Source of the DNA: Myxococcota bacterium
Lineage (GTDB): Bacteria > Myxococcota_A > SURF-8
Direction of reading: 5' to 3'
Length of the DNA: 64,000 bases
Assembly: GCA_963674735.2 (NCBI GenBank)
Contig: CAXXQS010000001.1
Coordinates: 2,560,001-2,624,000, forward strand
In this document: positions 1 to 9,828 of the stretch, piece by piece
Numbering within the stretch: position 1 is the first letter of the stretch
Layout of the letters: each line of letters begins with the position of its first letter
Translations under genes and position numbers: made by a program
The notes under the pieces: model-generated
What the model saw: only the letters and a program-made list of their open reading frames with translations
The model's database searches: none
What the model was told of the DNA's origin: nothing

Positions 1-87
1 GTGCGGCTGGGGCCGTTTCGAACAAGCAGCCAACCCCAATAACAACAGCAACATACAAACACCCGTACATGTTTTATGAATCCACAT
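1..87 (-). CDS. Lipoprotein, N-terminal part only (runs off the window edge)
   Basis: Reverse strand reads GGAGG RBS, then ATG at 87: MWIHKTCTGVCMLLLLLGLAACSKRPQPH, with a hydrophobic stretch and an LAAC lipobox. Confidence 0.65.
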   Translation of the reverse strand, partial: MWIHKTCTGVCMLLLLLGLAACSKRPQPH

Positions 88-290
88 TTCAACCTCCTAC
101 TTCGGTTCGTTCGACAATAGTTGTTCAAACCGGCGAAGTCAACGCCGTCGTTTGTCTAAGACCGTTCGAAGCGATCGATTGTCGGAATCCAACCAAACAG
201 GCTAAGTCTTCCTCGCGTGAATATGCTTGACCGAACGGGGCCTCCGCATTAGAGTGGTTTGGCACGGCAGCCAGATCGCGGGAGGTACTC

Positions 291-1259
291 ATGACCAAGC
301 TTTGTGTTGGAATCGACATCGGTGGGACAAATCTGAAAGCGGGTTTGCTCACCAACCGGGGCACCATGCTCGAACAGTACATGCTCCAACTCGAAGAAAA
401 AGATAAAAGCGAAGACGGCATTCTGAAAGCTACGCACAAAGCCGTGAAAAAGCTGTTGTCAACATCCGGTTTTGGCAACGAATCCATCGTGGGAGTCGGA
501 ATCGGATGCGCCGGTGTCATCGACGAGCAGGCGGGCATCATCACGAAAAGCCCGAACTTCCCGCTTTGGACCGATTTCGCCCTGGCCAGGCGCCTCACGG
601 AAATGTCCGGCTTGCCGGCGGTAATGGAGAACGACGTCAACGCCGTGGCGCGTGGCGAGCAATGGTGTGGAGCCGCTCGCGGCGAAGCCAATTTCCTGTG
701 CATGGCCATCGGCACCGGACTCGGCGGCGCGCTCTGGTTAAACGGCAACATCTGGAGCGGCATAAACGGGATGGCCGGAGAAGTCGGCCACCTCTGCATC
801 GATCCCGATGGCGCAGCCTGCAATTGCGGAAGCCGGGGTTGTCTGGAAACCGAGGCCTCCGCCACCGGTCTGATCCGCCATGTGAAAGAAAACCAATTCG
901 AAGAAGTCCTGTCCAAAGTCAAAAACGACGCCGGTATTCCTTATGAATTGGCCCTCCAAGCTCAAGAAGGAAACCCCAAAGCCCAAGAATACTGGAACCG
1001 CTTCGGTCGCGCGATCGGATTGGCCTTGGCGGGCCTGCTCAATACACTCAATCTGAAACTGGTTCTACTGGGCGGCGGGCTGGCCAAGAGTTTTTCCCTG
1101 TTCTACCCGGCCCTGGAAGAAGAGTTGCAAAGTCGGGCCTACCCGGCCGTCTGGCGGGGAGTCGAGTTCCGCACCAGCCAACTTTGGGAGGAAGCGGGTA
1201 TTTACGGCGCTGCGGCCAACATCCTCAGCAAAATCGAACAAAAAGAGAAAGCCCGCTAG
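291..1259 (+). CDS. ROK-family sugar kinase (glucokinase-like)
   Basis: GIDIGGT, ENDVNA, GTGLGG, AGEVGH and CNCGSRGCLE motifs; GGAGG RBS. Confidence 0.92.
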   Translation: MTKLCVGIDIGGTNLKAGLLTNRGTMLEQYMLQLEEKDKSEDGILKATHKAVKKLLSTSGFGNESIVGVGIGCAGVIDEQAGIITKSPNFPLWTDFALARRLTEMSGLPAVMENDVNAVARGEQWCGAARGEANFLCMAIGTGLGGALWLNGNIWSGINGMAGEVGHLCIDPDGAACNCGSRGCLETEASATGLIRHVKENQFEEVLSKVKNDAGIPYELALQAQEGNPKAQEYWNRFGRAIGLALAGLLNTLNLKLVLLGGGLAKSFSLFYPALEEELQSRAYPAVWRGVEFRTSQLWEEAGIYGAAANILSKIEQKEKAR

Positions 1260-1304
1260 ACGAAGACCTTTCGCCGATGCCCGTCAGTCGGGTTCAAGGA
1301 GAGC

Positions 1305-1745
1305 GTGCAAATGGCGATACAAACAACAGTCGACAAGGTTCTGGTGGGCCGTCTCAAACCCGGTGGGGACTTGGCAAACGAAGTCAACCGTCTGCTCGCC
1401 GAACACAAGGTGCGCTTCGGGATGGTCTCGATTATCGGCGCACTGGAGCGAGCCACCCTTGGAGCCTACAGCTTCAGCGAAGCCCAATATCATACCTTCG
1501 AGCTTGACGAGGAAGTGGAGATTCTGCACTGCACCGGCAACATATCCGTCATGGCCGACGGATCCACCTTCGCGCATCTGCACACCACCGTATCGGGACA
1601 CAGCGGTCAGGCACTGGGGGGGCATGTTTTCGAAGGTTGCGTCGTAAAAGTAGCCGAATGCATCGTCCAGGCTTTCGCTGGAGAACCGCCCGTACGCGAG
1701 GAAGATCCTCAAACCGGTCTTAAACTGTGGAAACCGGAGGATTGA
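1305..1745 (+). CDS. PPC/DUF296 domain protein
   Basis: RLKPGGDL, IIGAL, EILHCTGNIS, HLH...GGHV pattern typical of DUF296. Confidence 0.85.
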   Translation: MQMAIQTTVDKVLVGRLKPGGDLANEVNRLLAEHKVRFGMVSIIGALERATLGAYSFSEAQYHTFELDEEVEILHCTGNISVMADGSTFAHLHTTVSGHSGQALGGHVFEGCVVKVAECIVQAFAGEPPVREEDPQTGLKLWKPED

Positions 1746-1764
1746 GCTCCCGTCTTTCGATGTG

Positions 1765-4227
1765 TTAGCCGATCCCGATCAGCTTCAAACGTTCGCGCCA
1801 GCGTCCTTCCAATTCCCGACGTAGATCGGCATGCTCCGCCAAACCTAGGTCCGGATCACGCGCCACCAGATCGAAAGCCAGCTTGCGCGCCAAAACCAGC
1901 AGCGACTGGTCCCGCACCAAGTTGGCATGCTGGAAAATCGGGCTCCCCGTCTGGCGCGTTCCCAAAATGTCTCCCGGTCCGCGTATTTCCAGATCGCGTT
2001 CGGCAATACGAAAACCATCGGTAGTTTCTTCCATCACCGACAAGCGCTCGCGCGCCTCTTCCCCCACCTTCTCGCACATCAGGAAACAATACGACGAATG
2101 CTCGCCACGACCGACACGCCCCCGAAGCTGATGCAACTGCGAAAGCCCGAAACGTTCGGCGTGCTGAACGACCATGACCGTGGCGTTGGGCACATCAATG
2201 CCGACTTCAACCACGGATGTCGCGACCAGAACATCATAGACGCCCTCCAGAAAAGCACGCATCACCCGTTCTTTCTCATCGCGCGGCATGCGTCCATGTA
2301 AAAGTCCGATCGGGGTATCGGGCAACTCGACTCGCAGCCGTTCGACCTCTTCCTCCGCGCCGGAAACGTCCAATTTTTCCGATTCGCGGATCAGCGGCGT
2401 AATCACATAAACCTGGCGGCCCGCACGAATCTCCGTCTGGACGACGGTTTTCACCTGTGGCCACTCGTTGATCCAATGCACCTGCGTGACGATGGGGCGT
2501 CGTCCTTGGGGCAGTTCATCGAGTATCGAGACATCGAGGTCGCCGTAAACCGTCATGGCCAGCGAACGCGGTATCGGAGTGGCCGTCATCACCAGACAAT
2601 CCGAAGCCGGTCCTTTGCCGGCCAGCATCACCCGCTGACGCACACCGAAACGATGTTGTTCGTCAACGATCACATAACCGAGATTTTTAAAACGCACGCC
2701 TTTTTGTATCAGGGCATGCGTGCCGATCACCAAATCGATCTCACCCGATTCGATACGCTCGTAAACAGCCCGCTTATCGGCGCGTCCCAGGTCCGCAGTC
2801 AATAGTTCGACCGTTACGCCACCGAAATCACACAAGGCTGAAATCGTGCGAAAATGCTGTTCGGCCAGAATTTCGGTGGGGGCCATGAGCGCCGCTTGTC
2901 GACCGTTTTCCACAACCATCAGCGCACTGAGAACGGCAACGATGGTCTTGCCCGATCCCACGTCGCCTTGCAGAAGACGATTCATGGGTTTGGAATCCAT
3001 CAGATCGGCCACGATTTCTTTCAGCACCCGCCGTTGGGCATCCGTCAATGTATGCGGAAAACGCTTGTAAAAGCGGGTGGCCAGGTCGGTCTTGCGTTCA
3101 TGCGCAAAACCTGCCTGACGCACGGTGCCTTCCCGACGCTGGGCCAAAGCGGTCTGAACGAAGAAAAATTCATCGAAGGCCAGTCGCTGATGGGCGGCGC
3201 TGCGACCTTCATTCAAATGATCGACTTCAGCCGACTCAGCCGGACGATGCAAGGCTTCAAGGGCCGTCACCAAATCCGGAAGACCGGCGCCTCGCAAGAT
3301 CGCTTCCGGCATCGGATCTCGAACCAACGGCAGGTAAGCGTCGACCGCCGCGAGAACAATGGCCGCCAGCCGCCGGGTCGTGACTCCCTTTATATCGGGA
3401 TACAAAGGCCGGATCGAGCGATCAGGCTCGTCTGCTTCATCGCCGTTGTCGGGTGACAAATCGGGATGAACAATTTGAAGGCGGTTACGGAAATGGCTGA
3501 CTTTGCCGCTGAAGCGGACCGGGTCGCCGACTTTGTAACGCGCCGACACCGCTTGTGCACCATAGTGGAACCAGGATAGTGTCACAACCCCGCTGTCGTC
3601 CTGCACCACCACTTCGAATGGCCGCCGCCCGAAACGGGGTCCGCTGGACATCGCGGCAATCACGCCCCGGGCCTGTCCCACCACACCGACCTGGAGATCG
3701 GCGATGCGGCCCACGCGGCGACGGTCTTCAAAGCGTCGCGGTAAAAAGTAGAGTAAGTCTTCCACCGTGACGATGTCGCGCGCAGCGAGTTCCGCCGCCA
3801 CACGAGGCCCCACCCCTTTGACGAACTGAACCGACATGTAAAGCGGACGACGATCGGGATAGGCAACCTCCCGAAGTCCCTCCGTCGATGAAACCGACTC
3901 GGATTCGGCCTTCGGAGCCAATTTGGCTTCCAGCGCATCCAGCAGCGCTAAAGCGGACAGGAGTCGTTTACGCTTCTCGTCGACGGTGGCTGCCGGATAA
4001 TCATTCATCAACTCAGCCAATTTGGCAAAGCGTTCGCGAATCGGTTTGGGAAAGGAATCGGGCTGGAACGTTTTCAGCAGGTGCAAGATACGTCGGTCAA
4101 GGCCTGTAATACGTTCCAAACCACCGAAATTATTACGGACGGCCAACACCAGCGGCCGTCGTAATTCGGGCAGCAGTTTTAGTGTCCCGGCCCGGTCGGA
4201 CCCTTTGGAAGGAGGACCGCTCATCAA
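1765..4227 (-). CDS. recG: ATP-dependent DNA helicase RecG
   Basis: RLLQGDVGSGKT, DEQHRFG, MTATPIPRS, QLHQLRGRVGRG, DLEIRGPG. Confidence 0.97.
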   Translation of the reverse strand: MMSGPPSKGSDRAGTLKLLPELRRPLVLAVRNNFGGLERITGLDRRILHLLKTFQPDSFPKPIRERFAKLAELMNDYPAATVDEKRKRLLSALALLDALEAKLAPKAESESVSSTEGLREVAYPDRRPLYMSVQFVKGVGPRVAAELAARDIVTVEDLLYFLPRRFEDRRRVGRIADLQVGVVGQARGVIAAMSSGPRFGRRPFEVVVQDDSGVVTLSWFHYGAQAVSARYKVGDPVRFSGKVSHFRNRLQIVHPDLSPDNGDEADEPDRSIRPLYPDIKGVTTRRLAAIVLAAVDAYLPLVRDPMPEAILRGAGLPDLVTALEALHRPAESAEVDHLNEGRSAAHQRLAFDEFFFVQTALAQRREGTVRQAGFAHERKTDLATRFYKRFPHTLTDAQRRVLKEIVADLMDSKPMNRLLQGDVGSGKTIVAVLSALMVVENGRQAALMAPTEILAEQHFRTISALCDFGGVTVELLTADLGRADKRAVYERIESGEIDLVIGTHALIQKGVRFKNLGYVIVDEQHRFGVRQRVMLAGKGPASDCLVMTATPIPRSLAMTVYGDLDVSILDELPQGRRPIVTQVHWINEWPQVKTVVQTEIRAGRQVYVITPLIRESEKLDVSGAEEEVERLRVELPDTPIGLLHGRMPRDEKERVMRAFLEGVYDVLVATSVVEVGIDVPNATVMVVQHAERFGLSQLHQLRGRVGRGEHSSYCFLMCEKVGEEARERLSVMEETTDGFRIAERDLEIRGPGDILGTRQTGSPIFQHANLVRDQSLLVLARKLAFDLVARDPDLGLAEHADLRRELEGRWRERLKLIGIG

Positions 4228-4709
4228 CCCCGATACTCGACTTCGACAATTTCCAGAACACGTGTTCCTTTGGGGGCTTTGACCCGCACTTCATCGCCCT
4301 GAATCCGACCGATCACCGCACGCGCGATAGCCGAGTCAACGGAGATAAAACCGGTTTGGGGATTGGACTCTTCAGCCCCGACAATGGTAACCGTTCGCTC
4401 TTCTTCCGTTTCCAGATCGAAAAGCGTGACCGTGGCCCCAAACATCACCCGCTCACCGCTTAGCTTGCTCGGATCGATCACCTCGGCACGACCGATTTTA
4501 TCTTCCAGTTCGCGAATACGTGCTTCGATCAGTCCCTGTTGATCTTTGGCATACTGATATTCGGCATTCTCCGACAAGTCGCCATGGGCGCGTGCAACTT
4601 CGATTTCTTTCACGATATTCGGACGCTCATTCGACTTCAGGTGATTGAGCTCATTCTTCATCTTGGCCAACCCATTGGGGGTAATGGGCATGCGTTTCAC
4701 GGAGTTCAT
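4224..4709 (-). CDS. greA: Transcription elongation factor GreA
   Basis: ARAHGDLSENAEY signature; ISVDSAIARA. Confidence 0.96.
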   Translation of the reverse strand: MNSVKRMPITPNGLAKMKNELNHLKSNERPNIVKEIEVARAHGDLSENAEYQYAKDQQGLIEARIRELEDKIGRAEVIDPSKLSGERVMFGATVTLFDLETEEERTVTIVGAEESNPQTGFISVDSAIARAVIGRIQGDEVRVKAPKGTRVLEIVEVEYRG

Positions 4710-5833
4710 TGAGGGGTCTCCTTCAATCGCCGATCATAGGGCTTGTTTCGTTTCTGTAGTCGTTTCGCCACGCCGTTGAGTTCCTGGGGCAGTTTGTCCA
4801 GTTGTCGACACATTTCCGTCATCAACGTCACGCCATTTTGCAGATCTTTCACATGAACCGTTTCTTCTTTCAATTGCGCTTTTCCATCGGGACCGGGTTC
4901 ATCTCCCATATTATGGTAGTTACCCAACGGAAAAGCAATTCCACCGGTTGTGAAACCGTGGGTGATGAAAGCGGTGGCTTCGCAGGCTCCGCCATCCATC
5001 ACACGGCGTTGAAATTTAAAACGCTTGTCGCTCTTCTTGCAAGCCTCGGCACAAACTTCCATGTAGCGACAAAGATCGGATGAGAAGACGGCCATACGGT
5101 CGCCCAGACGAATCACCGGTCCATCCCCCTGAGCCGTGCCGGGAAGATGTTTGGAGGTTTCCAACGACACCAAGGCCAAGTCTTTGGGCAACACCTCATC
5201 CTTCAACATGGAGAGCGCTCCGCAAAAACCCTGTTCTTCCGCACGCGTAAAGATCAGCCAGACTTCATGCCGCACTTTCGTGCGACTCAATTCCCGCATC
5301 AACGCCAACTGGGCGACCACCGAAACCAAATCGTCGGCCGCCCGGGTGACAATCAACGAGCCGTCCATGCGAAACGCATCCAGATCCCATTGCCCGAAAG
5401 CACCGACCGGAACCGGAGCATCGAGCTTGAGTCGCATGGTCTCCACTCGCTTGGGAGCGTCTTTGGGCGAAAAGGTGCGTGTCACCCGCCCCCGGACGCC
5501 GCCCTCGTGGTGAACCAGCACCTTCGCCTGGCGGAAAAAGGGCTTCCATACCCCACCCCACCACTGAGCGGTAGCCGTCTTTCCCTTGGATTCGATGATC
5601 TCGAAGCCGGGGTGGTCCATGTGGGCCACAAAGCCGATGCGACCTTTGCGTGGGCGACCCTTGGGTTTCGCCACCACGATCAGATTCCCGGCCGCATCCG
5701 CCGCCACCGGCAGTCCGGCTTCTTCCGCGTGACGCCGGACCACCCGAGCCACCGCCGCTTCATAAAAGGGAGCGGTGGGACAAGTCAGCACCTCTTTCAG
5801 AATTTTCCGTAGTTCCATTCGATTGATAGCCAT
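4706..5833 (-). CDS. Zinc metallohydrolase (M20/M28/M42-like peptidase)
   Basis: AHMDH, RAADD, RAEEQG and C-terminal NYHN metal ligands. Confidence 0.8.
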   Translation of the reverse strand: MAINRMELRKILKEVLTCPTAPFYEAAVARVVRRHAEEAGLPVAADAAGNLIVVAKPKGRPRKGRIGFVAHMDHPGFEIIESKGKTATAQWWGGVWKPFFRQAKVLVHHEGGVRGRVTRTFSPKDAPKRVETMRLKLDAPVPVGAFGQWDLDAFRMDGSLIVTRAADDLVSVVAQLALMRELSRTKVRHEVWLIFTRAEEQGFCGALSMLKDEVLPKDLALVSLETSKHLPGTAQGDGPVIRLGDRMAVFSSDLCRYMEVCAEACKKSDKRFKFQRRVMDGGACEATAFITHGFTTGGIAFPLGNYHNMGDEPGPDGKAQLKEETVHVKDLQNGVTLMTEMCRQLDKLPQELNGVAKRLQKRNKPYDRRLKETPQ

Positions 5834-5855
5834 AACCCCAAAACTCCCCTGCCGC

Positions 5856-6251
5856 TCAGCCGGGCGGCAGATTCAGATATTTGATGTCGCAGGCTTCGGT
5901 TGTAACAAAGATTTCCATTTCCTGTACACCGCAAACACCGGTAAAGCGCATCACGTTTTTTCCCGCAGGACTCGTTGCCGAAAAGGTTTCATCGCGAGCG
6001 GCCAACCCATCGGTAAGCGTTTTGTAGAACCGGTTGCCGTTTGCACAATACAAAATATCCAAGAAACGCGCCAAATCATCCTGTCCGCAGAGTTCGAAAG
6101 GCGAATCGGCGCTGGTGTCCAATTCCTCGACGAACACTTTGGGAGAGCGTTTCTGCGGGTTCAGAACGTAGGCATTGCGCTCCAGACAACCTCCGACAAG
6201 CAAGACGATCATGAGAACGCTGATTGTCGTCCAATGGCTCAACAATTTCAT
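5856..6251 (-). CDS. Hypothetical lipoprotein
   Basis: ATG at 6251 gives MKLLSHW...LLVGGC lipobox; co-oriented with the downstream operon. Confidence 0.6.
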   Translation of the reverse strand: MKLLSHWTTISVLMIVLLVGGCLERNAYVLNPQKRSPKVFVEELDTSADSPFELCGQDDLARFLDILYCANGNRFYKTLTDGLAARDETFSATSPAGKNVMRFTGVCGVQEMEIFVTTEACDIKYLNLPPG

Positions 6252-6585
6252 TGGGTTTGTACACCTTATAAAAACGTGAAAAGCCGTCCGCAAAGCCATA
6301 CGCAACAGGACGGCTGCCCGCATTGTAATGAAGCCCTTCCGCGAGGTCAAGCTTCCTTGCAACAAGATCTGAACTATCCGGTTTTTATCTTAAATTACAA
6401 CTAGTTACCAGCTCAGCCGACATTAAAATAGCTCTAACTATCACCATTTTTTAACAATTTAATGCTTGATCTTTTACGGGAAACCCCGTATGTCATGCTT
6501 GACATTCGATCCTTAGACGGCCCTATCGCGTTAGAATATGAGATAGTTGCGGGACACAAACGAGATCGCTGGAGAAGGCGGATTG

Positions 6586-7722
6586 ATGGAACAGAAGCAA
6601 AGCTGGTCATGGGAAACACTGATGCGGATCGGATTCTTTCTGCTCTTACTCTACGTATTTTTCATTGCCATCGGCCTAATGGGAACCGCTTTCAAGCTCC
6701 TGGGAACCGGAACGGCCGAAGCCTTGATCACCGCGACCTCGAATCCTTTCACCGGCCTGATGATCGGCATTCTGTCCACCGCCATCGTCCAAAGCTCATC
6801 CGTCACCACGTCGATGGTCGTCGGTCTGGTTTCCGGTGGAGGGTTGAACATCGCCAACGCCGTCCCCATCATCATGGGCGCCAATATCGGAACCTCGGTT
6901 ACAAACGTCATCGTTTCCATCGGGCATATTCGCCAGAGCAAGGAATTCGAAAGAGCCTTTGCGGGTGCCACGGTTCATGATCTGTTCAACCTCATGACCG
7001 TCGCGATTCTGCTGCCCCTTGAACTGGCTACCGGTTATCTGGAAAAAGTCGGAGGTCTACTAGCCCACTTCTTCACCGGGGCCGAATCCGTCGCCTTTCA
7101 TAGTCCGTTGAAACTGATCGTCAAACCGGCCACCGGTCTGATCAAATCTTTCTTCACGCAATCGCTGGATATCCCGGATTTCGCCGCAGGCATCATCATG
7201 GTTGTGCTGGCGTTCATTTTGTTGTTTAGCGCCTTGGTGCTGATCGTGCGGACCATGAAAGCCCTGATGTTGCATCGATTGGAAGTCGCCATCGACCGGA
7301 TGTTCGGTGCGAAGCCGATTTTCGCCATTCTGGCCGGTGCCGTCATCACCGCAACCATCCAGTCAAGTTCGATCACAACCTCGCTCCTGGTCCCGCTCAT
7401 CGGTGCGGGTGCGATGAGCCTCGAAGCGGCCTTCCCCATCACCATCGGAGCCAACATCGGCACCACCATCACCGCACTTCTGGCTTCGCTGGCCGGTGAT
7501 GTAAACGGGCTGGCCATCGCTTTCGTCCATCTGATGTTCAATCTGTCGGGCATGATGATCATCTATGTGTACGAACCGATTCGACGCATTCCGATTAAAG
7601 CGGCGCGCATGATGGCGCATCTGGCCGTTATCAATAAAAAGTTCGCCATCGCATTCATTCTGGGCATGTTTTACCTGCTGCCCCTGGCGGGATTCGCCAT
7701 CTCGGAATGGATTATGAACTGA
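6586..7722 (+). CDS. Na/Pi cotransporter (NptA/SLC34-like)
   Basis: Two QSSS repeats and two GANIGT motifs; multiple TM segments. Confidence 0.93.
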   Translation: MEQKQSWSWETLMRIGFFLLLLYVFFIAIGLMGTAFKLLGTGTAEALITATSNPFTGLMIGILSTAIVQSSSVTTSMVVGLVSGGGLNIANAVPIIMGANIGTSVTNVIVSIGHIRQSKEFERAFAGATVHDLFNLMTVAILLPLELATGYLEKVGGLLAHFFTGAESVAFHSPLKLIVKPATGLIKSFFTQSLDIPDFAAGIIMVVLAFILLFSALVLIVRTMKALMLHRLEVAIDRMFGAKPIFAILAGAVITATIQSSSITTSLLVPLIGAGAMSLEAAFPITIGANIGTTITALLASLAGDVNGLAIAFVHLMFNLSGMMIIYVYEPIRRIPIKAARMMAHLAVINKKFAIAFILGMFYLLPLAGFAISEWIMN

Positions 7723-7767
7723 AAATCTCTCGGCAATTCGGGTATCGGATGAGAGAGGAGAGTTAGC

Positions 7768-8484
7768 ATGCCAAAGAATAAAACCATATTCAGCCGCGCA
7801 TTCTGGACAAAGTTCTTCGGGATTTTCACCGACGAACCGCTCACCAATCAAGCCCAGCATAACTTCGAAAAAATGCTCTCTTTGGCTCAGGATATGTATG
7901 TCTCTCTCACCTCCGTTCTGATCGACCCGGGTGAAACCACCCTGGATTCCATCCGCGAGGGCTTTTTCGCCACCGACGTCAAAATCAACAAATTGGAAAC
8001 TCAGATCCGACGCGAGATCTTGGTTCATTTGGCCGTGTCGGGCGAACAGTCGGCGAAAGTCCCCGGTTTCCTGTTGCTGCTGAATCTCATCAAAGATGCC
8101 GAACGCCTGGGAGACTACAGCAAAAACATCTTTGAAATCTTCGAACACGGCGCCGACAAGGTCAACGGGGAATATTTGGAGCGGTTCAAGGAAGTGCGGG
8201 ATACCACCATTCGCCTGTTCAGCGAAGTCCACACCTCCATCATCATGATGGACGCCAAACTAGCCCAGAAAGCCCGTGAAGACGCGACAGCCGCCATCAA
8301 AACCTGTGCCGGGATTACCGATCACCTGATCGATAACCCGAACTCATGTGAGAATGCCGTCGCCGTTGCGCTGCTGTTCCGCTATCAAAAACGCATTCTG
8401 AGCCACCTGCGCAAGATCGCAACAGCGCAATTCTCTCCCTTCGACCGCTTCGGTTCGGTGGGAAAAACCGAGGATCCGCAGTAA
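7768..8484 (+). CDS. PhoU-domain protein
   Basis: D..INKLE..IRR and KDAERLGDY motifs; follows the Na/Pi transporter. Confidence 0.82.
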   Translation: MPKNKTIFSRAFWTKFFGIFTDEPLTNQAQHNFEKMLSLAQDMYVSLTSVLIDPGETTLDSIREGFFATDVKINKLETQIRREILVHLAVSGEQSAKVPGFLLLLNLIKDAERLGDYSKNIFEIFEHGADKVNGEYLERFKEVRDTTIRLFSEVHTSIIMMDAKLAQKAREDATAAIKTCAGITDHLIDNPNSCENAVAVALLFRYQKRILSHLRKIATAQFSPFDRFGSVGKTEDPQ

Positions 8485-8509
8485 TCCTCACACCTTAACG
8501 TGTTAATAG

Positions 8510-8546
8510 AAAACGGGCGATTCGCATGAACCGCCCGTTTTTATTT
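8510..8546. terminator. Bidirectional intrinsic terminator
   Basis: AAAACGGGCG...CGCCCGTTTTT hairpin between the convergent PhoU-like gene and pyrC. Confidence 0.8.
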
Positions 8547-8561
8547 GGATATCGATTTCAA

Positions 8562-9827
8562 CTAGAGTTGATGGACGATCTTCCCTTTCGCCAGGGTCAA
8601 ATCCACTCGACCGACCAGCGTCTGGTTTAGCCAGGGACTGTTCAGGCTCTTCGACCGCACCTGATCGGGGGTGTAGATCCACTCGGCCTCGGGATCGATA
8701 ATGGTTACATCCGCATCGGCACCCACGGCCAGAGTCCCCAGATCGAGACCCAGAATCTTCGCCGGGTTGACCGTCAACTTGGCAATCAGATCCAGGGGTT
8801 CCAGCACCTGCTGCCGAATCAGATCGAGCGCCAGTGGCACGGCGGTTTCAAGCCCGATAATGCCGTTGGCCGCCAACCCGAACTCGACTTTTTTATCGAC
8901 TTCGGCGTGGGGAGCGTGATCGGTGGCGATCACGTCGATGGTGCCGTCCTTCAAGCCACGCCGCACGGCCTTGACATGCTCCTCGGACCGGAGCGGGGGA
9001 GCCATTTTAAAGTTGGCGTCATACGTTGACAGAGACGCATCGGTCAAGGTCCAGTGATGCGGTGCAACCTCGCAGGTTACGCGCACTTGGCGTTTCTTGG
9101 CCTGACGCACCAAGTCGACCGATTGGCGCGTGCTGATGTGCTGTACGTGATAGGCCGCGCCGGTGAGTTCCGCCAGATGCAGATCGCGCGACACCATGAC
9201 GCTTTCAGCCGCAGACGGAATCCCCGCCAATCCGAGACGTGTACTCATCTCACCTTCGTGCATGTGGCCGCCGTCGCTGAGATGGTGATCCTCGGTATGC
9301 GCACAAACCGTCAAACCGAAGTTACTCGCATATTCGAGGGCCGCTCGCATGATGGCCGCACTCATGATGCCTTTTCCGTCATCAGTGATAGCCACCGCAC
9401 CGGCTCGCTGCATGTCGCCGATCTCGGCCAGTTCCTCGCCCTTGAGTCCTTTCGACACGGCTCCCATGGGTAACACGGTGACGCCGTTGGCCGCTTCGGC
9501 CTTGCGCAAAACGAAATCCACCACCGCCGCATTGTCGATCGTCGGGTTGGTGTTGGGCATGCAGACGATCGTGGTGAAACCACCGGCCGCCGCCGCGTCA
9601 CATCCGCTCGCGATGGTTTCCTTGTATTCGAAGCCCGGCTCTCGCAGGTGCACGTGCATGTCGATCAGCCCCGGTACGACCCATTTGCCTTTGGCGTCGA
9701 TCACCTGGACTTTCTGCCCTTTGGCCGCCGACGCGGCCACGATTTTGTTGCCCTTGATATAGAGATCGGAGACCTTGTCGAGTCCGCTTGCCGGATCGAT
9801 CACCCGGCCGCCTTTGATGCGAATCAT
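8562..9827 (-). CDS. pyrC: Dihydroorotase
   Basis: PGLIDMHVHLREPG, MPNTNP, KMAPPLR, IATDHAPH. Confidence 0.96.
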   Translation of the reverse strand: MIRIKGGRVIDPASGLDKVSDLYIKGNKIVAASAAKGQKVQVIDAKGKWVVPGLIDMHVHLREPGFEYKETIASGCDAAAAGGFTTIVCMPNTNPTIDNAAVVDFVLRKAEAANGVTVLPMGAVSKGLKGEELAEIGDMQRAGAVAITDDGKGIMSAAIMRAALEYASNFGLTVCAHTEDHHLSDGGHMHEGEMSTRLGLAGIPSAAESVMVSRDLHLAELTGAAYHVQHISTRQSVDLVRQAKKRQVRVTCEVAPHHWTLTDASLSTYDANFKMAPPLRSEEHVKAVRRGLKDGTIDVIATDHAPHAEVDKKVEFGLAANGIIGLETAVPLALDLIRQQVLEPLDLIAKLTVNPAKILGLDLGTLAVGADADVTIIDPEAEWIYTPDQVRSKSLNSPWLNQTLVGRVDLTLAKGKIVHQL

Positions 9828-9828
9828 A

